Below, one piece after another: positions 14,418 through 26,600 of a stretch of DNA of 64,000 nucleotides. The notes below the pieces were generated by a model. It had not been told where the DNA came from. It worked only from the letters and a program-made list of their open reading frames with translations, and did no database searches. The stretch is from Azolla caroliniana. Lineage: Eukaryota > Plantae > Polypodiophyta. The stretch is taken from the NCBI GenBank assembly GCA_043228905.1, contig JBHGNT010000024.1, positions 489,928 to 553,927 of the forward strand, read 5' to 3'. The position numbers and the translations under genes were made by a program. Numbering within the stretch: position 1 is the first letter of the stretch; each line of letters begins with the position of its first letter.

Positions 14418-17400
14418 ATCGAAGCAAACAACGCTAGCTATGATATGGAATTAAAAAATCAAGATTTTGAAACTCAGGTCGAGAGACATGACGAAAATAG
14501 CAAACTTGAGGAGGGAGTTGAGAAGAGCTAGTAGGTAAATTAAAATGTTCATACCTGGCTCGTGTGATATCGGATTTTTGTGTTCAATCATGCAAATCGA
14601 AGCAAACAACGCTAGCTATGATATGGAATTAAAAAATCAAGATTTTGAAACTCAGGTCGAGAGACATGACGAAAATAGCAAACTTGAGGAGGGAGTTGAG
14701 AAGAGCTAGTAGGTAAATTAAAATGTTCATACCTGGCTCGTGTGATATCGGATTTTTGTGTTCAATCATGCAAATCGAAGCAAACAACGCTAGCTATGAT
14801 ATGGAATTAAAAAATCAAGATTTTGAAACTCAGGTCGAGAGACATGACGAAAATAGCAAACTTGAGGAGGGAGTTGAGAGGAGCCCTTGAGTAAATTAAA
14901 ATGTTCATACCTGGCTCGTGTGATATCGGATTTTTCTGTTCAACCATGCAAATCGAAGCTAGCAACGCTAGCTATGATATGGAATTAAAAAATCAGGATT
15001 TTGAAACTCAGGTCGAGAGACATGACGAAAATAGCAAACTTGAGGAGGGAGTTGAGAAGAGCTAGTAGGTAAATTAAAATGTTCATACCTGGCTCGTGTG
15101 ATATCGGATTTTTGTGTTCAATCATGCAAATCGAAGCTAACAACGCTAGCTATGATATGGAATTAAAAAAACAAGATTTTGAAACTCAGGTCGAGAGACA
15201 TGACGAAAATAGCAAACTTGAGGAGGGAGTTGAGAAGAGCTAGTAGGTAAATTAAAATGTTCATACCGGGCTCGTGTGATATCGTATTTTTGTGTTCAAT
15301 CATGCAAATCGAAGCAAACAAGGCTAGCTATGATATGGAATTAAAAAATCAAGATTTTGAAACTCAGGTCGAGAGACATGACGAAAATAGCAAACTTGAG
15401 GAGGGAGTTGAGAGGAGCCCTTGAGTAAATTAAAATGTTCATACCTGGCTCGTGTGATATCGGATTCTTGTGTTCAAACATGCGAATCGAAGCTAACAAC
15501 GCTACCTATGATATGGAATTAAAAAATCAAGATTTTCAAACTCAGGTCGAGAGACATGACGAAAATAGCAAACTTGAGGAGGGAGTTGAGAGGAGCCCTT
15601 GAGTAAATTAAAATGTTCATACCTGGCTCGTGTGATATCGGATTTTTGTGTTCAACCATGCAAATCGAAGCTAGCAACGCTAGCTATGATATGGAATTAA
15701 AAAATCAGGATTTTGAAACTCAGGTCGAGAGACATGACGAAAATAGCAAACTTGAGGAGGGAGTTGAGAAGAGCTAGTAGGTAAATTAAAATGTTCATAC
15801 CTGGCTCGTGTGATATCGGATTTTTGTGTTCAACCATGCAAATCGAAGCTAGCAACGCTAGCTATGATATGGAATTAAAAAATCAGGATTTTGAAACTCA
15901 GGTCGAGAGACATGACGAAAATAGCAAACTTGAGGAGGGAGTTGAGAAGAGCTAGTAGGTAAATTAAAATGTTCATACCTGGCTCGTGTGATATCGGATT
16001 TTTGTGTTCAACCATGCAAATCGAAGCTAACAACGCTACCTATGATATGGAATTAAAAAAACAAGATTTTGAAACTCAGGTCGAGAGACATGACGAAAAT
16101 AGCAAACCTGAGGAGGGAGTTGAGAAGAGCTAGTAGGTAAATTAAAATGTTCATACCGGGCTCGTGTGATATCGGATTTTTGTGTTCAATCATGCAAATC
16201 GAAGCTAGCAACGCTAGCTATGATATGGAATTAAAAAATCAAGATTTTGAAACTCAGGTCGAGAGACATGAGGAAAATAGCAAACTTGAGGAGGGAGTTG
16301 AGAAGAGCTAGTAGGTAAATGAAAATGTTCATACCTGGCTCGTGTGATATCGGATTTTTGTGTTCAATCATGCAAATCGAAGCAAACAACGCTAGCTATG
16401 ATATGGAATTAAAAAATCAAGATTTTGAAACTCAGGTCGAGAGACATGACGAAAATAGCAAACTTGAGGAGGGAGTTGAGAAGAGCTAGTAGGTAAATTA
16501 AAATGTTCATACCGGGCTCGTGTGATATCGGATTTTTGTGTTCAATCATGCCAATCGAAGCAAACAACGCTAGCTATGATATGGAATTAAAAAATCAAGA
16601 TTTTGAAACTCAGGTCGAGAGACATGACGAAAATAGCAAACTTGAGGAGGGAGTTGAGAAGAGCTAGTAGGTAAATTAAAATGTTCATACCTGGCTCGTG
16701 TGATATCGGATTTTTGTGTTCAATCATGCAAATCGAAGCAAACAACGCTAGCTATGATATGGAATTAAAAAATCAAGATTTTGAAACTCAGGTCGAGAGA
16801 CATGACGAAAATAGCAAACTTGAGGAGGGAGTTGAGAAGAGCTAGTAGGTAAATTAAAATGTTCATACCTGGCTCGTGTGATATCGGATTTTTGTGTTCA
16901 ATCATGCAAATCGAAGCAAACAACGCTAGCTATGATATGGAATTAAAAAATCAAGATTTTGAAACTCAGGTCGAGAGACATGACGAAAATAGCAAACTTG
17001 AGGAGGGAGTTGAGAGGAGCCCTTGAGTAAATTAAAATGTTCATACCTGGCTCGTGTGATATCGGATTTTTCTGTTCAACCATGCAAATCGAAGCTAGCA
17101 ACGCTAGCTATGATATGGAATTAAAAAATCAGGATTTTGAAACTCAGGTCGAGAGACATGACGAAAATAGCAAACTTGAGGAGGGAGTTGAGAAGAGCTA
17201 GTAGGTAAATTAAAATGTTCATACCTGGCTCGTGTGATATCGGATTTTTGTGTTCAATCATGCAAATCGAATGTAACAACGCTAGCTATGATATGGAATT
17301 AAAAAAACAAGATTTTGAAACTCAGGTCGAGAGACATGACGAAAATAGCAAACTTGAGGAGGGAGTTGAGAAGAGCTAGTAGGTAAATTAAAATGTTCAT

Positions 17401-18155
17401 ACCGGGCTCGTGTGATATCGTATTTTTGTGTTCAATCATGCAAATCGAAGCAAACAAGGCTAGCTATGATATGGAATTAAAAAATCAAGATTTTGAAACT
17501 CAGGTCGAGAGACATGACGAAAATAGCAAACTTGAGGAGGGAGTTGAGAGGAGCCCTTGAGTAAATTAAAATGTTCATACCTGGCTCGTGTGATATCGGA
17601 TTCTTGTGTTCAAACATGCGAATCGAAGCTAACAACGCTACCTATGATATGGAATTAAAAAATCAAGATTTTCAAACTCAGGTCGAGAGACATGACGAAA
17701 ATAGCAAACTTGAGGAGGGAGTTGAGAGGAGCCCTTGAGTAAATTAAAATGTTCATACCTGGCTCGTGTGATATCGGATTTTTGTGTTCAACCATGCAAA
17801 TCGAAGCTAGCAACGCTAGCTATGATATGGAATTAAAAAATCAGGATTTTGAAACTCAGGTCGAGAGACATGACGAAAATAGCAAACTTGAGGAGGGAGT
17901 TGAGAAGAGCTAGTAGGTAAATTAAAATGTTCATACCTGGCTCGTGTGATATCGGATTTTTGTGTTCAACCATGCAAATCGAAGCTAGCAACGCTAGCTA
18001 TGATATGGAATTAAAAAATCAGGATTTTGAAACTCAGGTCGAGAGACATGACGAAAATAGCAAACTTGAGGAGGGAGTTGAGAAGAGCTAGTAGGTAAAT
18101 TAAAATGTTCATACCTGGCTCGTGTGATATCGGATTTTTGTGTTCAACCATGCAA
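14418..18155 (+). repeat. 12-monomer HOR type a (2136 bp): one full and one partial copy
   Basis: catgcca|atcga boundaries at 14418 and 16554; ttttcaaact marker at 15537 and 17673. Confidence 0.9.
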
Positions 18156-20825
18156 ATCGAAGCTAGCAACGCTAGCTATGATATGGAATTAAAAAATCAG
18201 GATTTTGAAACTTAGGTCGAGAGACATGACGAAAATAGCAAACTTGAGGAGGGAGTTGAGAAGAGCTAGTAGGTAAATTAAAATGTTCATACCTGGCTCG
18301 TGTGATATCGGATGTTTGTGTTCAACCATGCAAATCGAAGCTAACAACGCTACCTATGATATGGAATTAAAAAAACAAGATTTTGAAACTCAGGTCCAGA
18401 GACATGACGAAAATAGCAAACCTGAGGAGGGAGTTGAGAAGAGCTAGTAGGTAAATTAAAATGTTCATACCGGGCTCGTGTGATATCGGATTTTTGTGTT
18501 CAATCATGCAAATCGAAGCTAGCAACGCTAGCTATGATATGGAATTAAAAAATCAAGATTTTGAAACTCAGGTCGAGAGACATGAGGAAAATAGCAAACT
18601 TGAGGAGGGAGTTGAGAAGAGCTAGTAGGTAAATGAAAATGTTCATACCTGGCTCGTGTGATATCGGATTTTTGTGTTCAATCATGCAAATCGAAGCAAA
18701 CAACGCTAGCTATGATATGGAATTAAAAAATCAAGATTTTGAAACTCAGGTCGAGAGACATGACGAAAATAGCAAACTTGAGGAGGGAGTTGAGAAGAGC
18801 TAGTAGGTAAATTAAAATGTTCATACCTGGCTCGTGTGATATCGGATTTTTGTGTTCAATCATGCAAATCGAAGCAAACAACGCTAGCTATGATATGGAA
18901 TTAAAAAAAGAAGATTTTGAAACTCAGGTCGAGAGACATGACGAAAATAGCAAACTTGAGGAGGGAGTTGAGAAGAGCTAGTAGGTAAATTAAAATGTTC
19001 ATACCTGGCTCGTGTGATATCGGATTTTTGTGTTCAACCATGCAAATCGAAGCTAGCAACGCTAGCTATGATATGGAATTAAAAAATCAGGATTTTGAAA
19101 CTCAGGTCGAGAGACATGACGAAAATAGCAAACTTGAGGAGGGAGTTGAGAAGAGCTAGTAGGTAAATTAAAATGTTCATACCTGGCTCGTGTGATATCG
19201 GATTTTTGTGTTCAACCATGCAAATCGAAGCTAGCAACGCTAGCTATGATATGGAATTAAAAAATCAGGATTTTGAAACTCAGGTCGAGAGACATGACGA
19301 AAATAGCAAACTTGAGGAGGGAGTTGAGAAGAGCTAGTAGGTAAATTAAAATGTTCATACCTGGCTCGTGTGATATCGGATTTTTGTGTTCAACCATGCA
19401 AATCGAAGCTAACAACGCTACCTATGATATGGAATTAAAAAAACAAGATTTTGAAACTCAGGTCGAGAGACATGACGAAAATAGCAAACCTGAGGAGGGA
19501 GTTGAGAAGAGCTAGTAGGTAAATTAAAATGTTCATACCGGGCTCGTGTGATATCGGATTTTTGTGTTCAATCATGCAAATCGAAGCTAGCAACGCTAGC
19601 TATGATATGGAATTAAAAAATCAAGATTTTGAAACTCAGGTCGAGAGACATGAGGAAAATAGCAAACTTGAGGAGGGAGTTGAGAAGAGCTAGTAGGTAA
19701 ATGAAAATGTTCATACCTGGCTCGTGTGATATCGGATTTTTGTGTTCAATCATGCAAATCGAAGCAAACAACGCTAGCTATGATATGGAATTAAAAAATC
19801 AAGATTTTGAAACTCAGGTCGAGAGACATGACGAAAATAGCAAACTTGAGGAGGGAGTTGAGAAGAGCTAGTAGGTAAATTAAAATGTTCATACCTGGCT
19901 CGTGTGATATCGGATTTTTGTGTTCAATCATGCAAATCGAAGCAAACAACGCTAGCTATGATATGGAATTAAAAAAAGAAGATTTTGAAACTCAGGTCGA
20001 GAGACATGACGAAAATAGCAAACTTGAGGAGGGAGTTGAGAAGAGCTAGTAGGTAAATTAAAATGTTCATACCTGGCTCGTGTGATATCGGATTTTTGTG
20101 TTCAATCATGCAAATCGAAGCAAACAACGCTAGCTATGATATGGAATTAAAAAAAGAAGATTTTGAAACTCAGGTCGAGAGACATGACGAAAATAGCAAA
20201 CTTGAGGAGGGAGTTGAGAAGAGCTAGTAGGTAAATTAAAATGTTCATACCTGGCTCGTGTGATATCGGATTTTTGTGTTCAACCATGCAAATCGAAGCT
20301 AGCAACGCTAGCTATGATATGGAATTAAAAAATCAGGATTTTGAAACTCAGGTCGAGAGACATGACGAAAATAGCAAACTTGAGGAGGGAGTTGAGAAGA
20401 GCTAGTAGGTAAATGAAAATGTTCATACCTGGCTCGTGTGATATCGGATTTTTGTGTTCAATCATGCAAATCGAAGCAAACAACGCTAGCTATGATATGG
20501 AATTAAAAAATCAAGATTTTGAAACTCAGGTCGAGAGACATGACGAAAATAGCAAACTTGAGGAGGGAGTTGAGAAGAGCTAGTAGGTAAATTAAAATGT
20601 TCATACCTGGCTCGTGTGATATCGGATTTTTGTGTTCAATCATGCAAATCGAAGCAAACAACGCTAGCTATGATATGGAATTAAAAAAAGAAGATTTTGA
20701 AACTCAGGTCGAGAGACATGACGAAAATAGCAAACTTGAGGAGGGAGTTGAGAAGAGCTAGTAGGTAAATTAAAATGTTCATACCTGGCTCGTGTGATAT
20801 CGGATTTTTGTGTTCAACCATGCAA

Positions 20826-22071
20826 ATCGAAGCTAGCAACGCTAGCTATGATATGGAATTAAAAAATCAGGATTTTGAAACTCAGGTCGAGAGACATGAC
20901 GAAAATAGCAAACTTGAGGAGGGAGTTGAGAAGAGCTAGTAGGTAAATTAAAATGTTCATACCTGGCTCGTGTGATATCGGATTTTTGTGTTCAACCATG
21001 CAAATCGAAGCTAGCAACGCTAGCTATGATATGGAATTAAAAAATCAGGATTTTGAAACTCAGGTCGAGAGACATGACGAAAATAGCAAACTTGAGGAGG
21101 GAGTTGAGAAGAGCTAGTAGGTAAATTAAAATGTTCATACCTGGCTCGTGTGATATCGGATTTTTGTGTTCAACCATGCAAATCGAAGCTAGCAACGCTA
21201 GCTATGATATGGAATTAAAAAATCAGGATTTTGAAACTCAGGTCGAGAGACATGACGAAAATAGCAAACTTGAGGAGGGAGTTGAGAAGAGCTAGTAGGT
21301 AAATTAAAATGTTCATACCTGGCTCGTGTGATATCGGATTTTTGTGTTCAACCATGCAAATCGAAGCTAGCAACGCTAGCTATGATATGGAATTAAAAAA
21401 TCAGGATTTTGAAACTCAGGTCGAGAGACATGACGAAAATAGCAAACTTGAGGAGGGAGTTGAGAAGAGCTAGTAGGTAAATTAAAATGTTCATACCTGG
21501 CTCGTGTGATATCGGATTTTTGTGTTCAACCATGCAAATCGAAGCTAGCAACGCTAGCTATGATATGGAATTAAAAAATCAGGATTTTGAAACTCAGGTC
21601 GAGAGACATGACGAAAATAGCAAACTTGAGGAGGGAGTTGAGAAGAGCTAGTAGGTAAATTAAAATGTTCATACCTGGCTCGTGTGATATCGGATTTTTG
21701 TGTTCAACCATGCAAATCGAAGCTAGCAACGCTAGCTATGATATGGAATTAAAAAATCAGGATTTTGAAACTCAGGTCGAGAGACATGACGAAAATAGCA
21801 AACTTGAGGAGGGAGTTGAGAAGAGCTAGTAGGTAAATTAAAATGTTCATACCTGGCTCGTGTGATATCGGATTTTTGTGTTCAACCATGCAAATCGAAG
21901 CTAGCAACGCTAGCTATGATATGGAATTAAAAAATCAGGATTTTGAAACTCAGGTCGAGAGACATGACGAAAATAGCAAACTTGAGGAGGGAGTTGAGAA
22001 GAGCTAGTAGGTAAATTAAAATGTTCATACCTGGCTCGTGTGATATCGGATTTTTGTGTTCAACCATGCAA
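20826..22071 (+). repeat. Run of seven apparently identical monomers (gctagc/aatcagg/caacc type)
   Basis: Monomers at 20826, 21004, 21182, 21360, 21538, 21716 and 21894 read identically. The paralogous run at 12104-12815 has four copies. Confidence 0.85.
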
Positions 22072-23673
22072 ATCGAAGCTAGCAACGCTAGCTATGATAT
22101 AGAATTAAAAAATCAAGATTTTGAAACTCAGGTCGAGAGACATGACGAAAATAGCAAACTTGAGGAGGGAGTTGAGAAGAGCTAGTAGGTAAATTAAAAT
22201 GTTCATACCTGGCTCGTGTGATATCGGATTTCTGTGTTCAATCATGCAAATCGAAGCTAACAACGCTACCTATGATATGGAATTAAAAAAACAAGATTTT
22301 GAAACTCAGGTCGAGAGACATGACGAAAATAGCAAACCTGAGGAGGGAGTTGAGAAGAGCTAGTAGGTAAATTAAAATGTTCATACCGGGCTTGTGTGAT
22401 ATCGGATTTTTGTGTTCAATCATGCAAATCGAAGCTAGCAACGCTAGCTATGATATGGAATTAAAAAATCAAGATTTTGAAACTCAGGTCGAGAGACATG
22501 AGGAAAATAGCAAACTTGAGGAGGGAGTTGAGAAGAGCTAGTAGGTAAATGAAAATGTTCATACCTGGCTCGTGTGATATCGGATTTTTGTGTTCAATCA
22601 TGCAAATCGAAGCAAACAACGCTAGCTATGATATGGAATTAAAAAATCAAGATTTTGAAACTCAGGTCGAGAGACATGACGAAAATAGCAAACTTGAGGA
22701 GGGAGTTGAGAAGAGCTAGTAGGTAAATTAAAATGTTCATACCTGGCTCGTGTGATATCGGATTTTTGTGTTCAATCATGCAAATCGAAGCAAACAACGC
22801 TAGCTATGATATGGAATTAAAAAAAGAAGATTTTGAAACTCAGGTCGAGAGACATGACGAAAATAGCAAACTTGAGGAGGGAGTTGAGAAGAGCTAGTAG
22901 GTAAATTAAAATGTTCATACCTGGCTCGTGTGATATCGGATTTTTGTGTTCAACCATGCAAATCGAAGCTAGCAACGCTAGCTATGATATGGAATTAAAA
23001 AATCAGGATTTTGAAACTCAGGTCGAGAGACATGACGAAAATAGCAAACTTGAGGAGGGAGTTGAGAAGAGCTAGTAGGTAAATTAAAATGTTCATACCG
23101 GGCTCGTGTGATATCGGATTTTTGTGTTCAACCATGCAAATCGAAGCTAACAACGCTACCTATGATATGGAATTAAAAAAACAAGATTTTGAAACTCAGG
23201 TCGAGAGACATGACGAAAATAGCAAACCTGAGGAGGGAGTTGAGAAGAGCTAGTAGGTAAATTAAAATGTTCATACCGGGCTCGTGTGATATCGGATTTT
23301 TGTGTTCAATCATGCAAATCGAAGCTAGCAACGCTAGCTATGATATGGAATTAAAAAATCAAGATTTTGAAACTCAGGTCGAGAGACATGAGGAAAATAG
23401 CAAACTTGAGGAGGCAGTTGAGAAGAGCTAGTAGGTAAATGAAAATGTTCATACCTGGCTCGTGTGATATCGGATTTTTGTGTTCAATCATGCAAATCGA
23501 AGCAAACAACGCTAGCTATGATATGGAATTAAAAAATCAAGATTTTGAAACTCAGGTCGAGAGACATGACGAAAATAGCAAACTTGAGGAGGGAGTTGAG
23601 AAGAGCTAGTAGGTAAATTAAAATGTTCATACCGGGCTCGTGTGATATCGGATTTTTGTGTTCAATCATGCCA

Positions 23674-26600
23674 ATCGAAGCAAACAACGCTAGCTATGAT
23701 ATGGAATTAAAAAATCAAGATTTTGAAACTCAGGTCGAGAGACATGACGAAAATAGCAAACTTGAGGAGGGAGTTGAGAAGAGCTAGTAGGTAAATTAAA
23801 ATGTTCATACCTGGCTCGTGTGATATCGGATTTTTGTGTTCAATCATGCAAATCGAAGCAAACAACGCTAGCTATGATATGGAATTAAAAAATCAAGATT
23901 TTGAAACTCAGGTCGAGAGACATGACGAAAATAGCAAACTTGAGGAGGGAGTTGAGAAGAGCTAGTAGGTAAATTAAAATGTTCATACCTGGCTCGTGTG
24001 ATATCGGATTTTTGTGTTCAATCATGCAAATCGAAGCAAACAACGCTAGCTATGATATGGAATTAAAAAATCAAGATTTTGAAACTCAGGTCGAGAGACA
24101 TGACGAAAATAGCAAACTTGAGGAGGGAGTTGAGAGGAGCCCTTGAGTAAATTAAAATGTTCATACCTGGCTCGTGTGATATCGGATTTTTCTGTTCAAC
24201 CATGCAAATCGAAGCTAGCAACGCTAGCTATGATATGGAATTAAAAAATCAGGATTTTGAAACTCAGGTCGAGAGACATGACGAAAATAGCAAACTTGAG
24301 GAGGGAGTTGAGAAGAGCTAGTAGGTAAATTAAAATGTTCATACCTGGCTCGTGTGATATCGGATTTTTGTGTTCAATCATGCAAATCGAAGCTAACAAC
24401 GCTAGCTATGATATGGAATTAAAAAAACAAGATTTTGAAACTCAGGTCGAGAGACATGACGAAAATAGCAAACTTGAGGAGGGAGTTGAGAAGAGCTAGT
24501 AGGTAAATTAAAATGTTCATACCGGGCTCGTGTGATATCGTATTTTTGTGTTCAATCATGCAAATCGAAGCAAACAAGGCTAGCTATGATATGGAATTAA
24601 AAAATCAAGATTTTGAAACTCAGGTCGAGAGACATGACGAAAATAGCAAACTTGAGGAGGGAGTTGAGAGGAGCCCTTGAGTAAATTAAAATGTTCATAC
24701 CTGGCTCGTGTGATATCGGATTCTTGTGTTCAAACATGCGAATCGAAGCTAACAACGCTACCTATGATATGGAATTAAAAAATCAAGATTTTCAAACTCA
24801 GGTCGAGAGACATGACGAAAATAGCAAACTTGAGGAGGGAGTTGAGAGGAGCCCTTGAGTAAATTAAAATGTTCATACCTGGCTCGTGTGATATCGGATT
24901 TTTGTGTTCAACCATGCAAATCGAAGCTAGCAACGCTAGCTATGATATGGAATTAAAAAATCAGGATTTTGAAACTCAGGTCGAGAGACATGACGAAAAT
25001 AGCAAACTTGAGGAGGGAGTTGAGAAGAGCTAGTAGGTAAATTAAAATGTTCATACCTGGCTCGTGTGATATCGGATTTTTGTGTTCAACCATGCAAATC
25101 GAAGCTAGCAACGCTAGCTATGATATGGAATTAAAAAATCAGGATTTTGAAACTCAGGTCGAGAGACATGACGAAAATAGCAAACTTGAGGAGGGAGTTG
25201 AGAAGAGCTAGTAGGTAAATTAAAATGTTCATACCTGGCTCGTGTGATATCGGATTTTTGTGTTCAACCATGCAAATCGAAGCTAACAACGCTACCTATG
25301 ATATGGAATTAAAAAAACAAGATTTTGAAACTCAGGTCGAGAGACATGACGAAAATAGCAAACCTGAGGAGGGAGTTGAGAAGAGCTAGTAGGTAAATTA
25401 AAATGTTCATACCGGGCTCGTGTGATATCGGATTTTTGTGTTCAATCATGCAAATCGAAGCTAGCAACGCTAGCTATGATATGGAATTAAAAAATCAAGA
25501 TTTTGAAACTCAGGTCGAGAGACATGAGGAAAATAGCAAACTTGAGGAGGGAGTTGAGAAGAGCTAGTAGGTAAATGAAAATGTTCATACCTGGCTCGTG
25601 TGATATCGGATTTTTGTGTTCAATCATGCAAATCGAAGCAAACAACGCTAGCTATGATATGGAATTAAAAAATCAAGATTTTGAAACTCAGGTCGAGAGA
25701 CATGACGAAAATAGCAAACTTGAGGAGGGAGTTGAGAAGAGCTAGTAGGTAAATTAAAATGTTCATACCGGGCTCGTGTGATATCGGATTTTTGTGTTCA
25801 ATCATGCCAATCGAAGCAAACAACGCTAGCTATGATATGGAATTAAAAAATCAAGATTTTGAAACTCAGGTCGAGAGACATGACGAAAATAGCAAACTTG
25901 AGGAGGGAGTTGAGAAGAGCTAGTAGGTAAATTAAAATGTTCATACCTGGCTCGTGTGATATCGGATTTTTGTGTTCAATCATGCAAATCGAAGCAAACA
26001 ACGCTAGCTATGATATGGAATTAAAAAATCAAGATTTTGAAACTCAGGTCGAGAGACATGACGAAAATAGCAAACTTGAGGAGGGAGTTGAGAAGAGCTA
26101 GTAGGTAAATTAAAATGTTCATACCTGGCTCGTGTGATATCGGATTTTTGTGTTCAATCATGCAAATCGAAGCAAACAACGCTAGCTATGATATGGAATT
26201 AAAAAATCAAGATTTTGAAACTCAGGTCGAGAGACATGACGAAAATAGCAAACTTGAGGAGGGAGTTGAGAGGAGCCCTTGAGTAAATTAAAATGTTCAT
26301 ACCTGGCTCGTGTGATATCGGATTTTTCTGTTCAACCATGCAAATCGAAGCTAGCAACGCTAGCTATGATATGGAATTAAAAAATCAGGATTTTGAAACT
26401 CAGGTCGAGAGACATGACGAAAATAGCAAACTTGAGGAGGGAGTTGAGAAGAGCTAGTAGGTAAATTAAAATGTTCATACCTGGCTCGTGTGATATCGGA
26501 TTTTTGTGTTCAATCATGCAAATCGAATGTAACAACGCTAGCTATGATATGGAATTAAAAAAACAAGATTTTGAAACTCAGGTCGAGAGACATGACGAAA

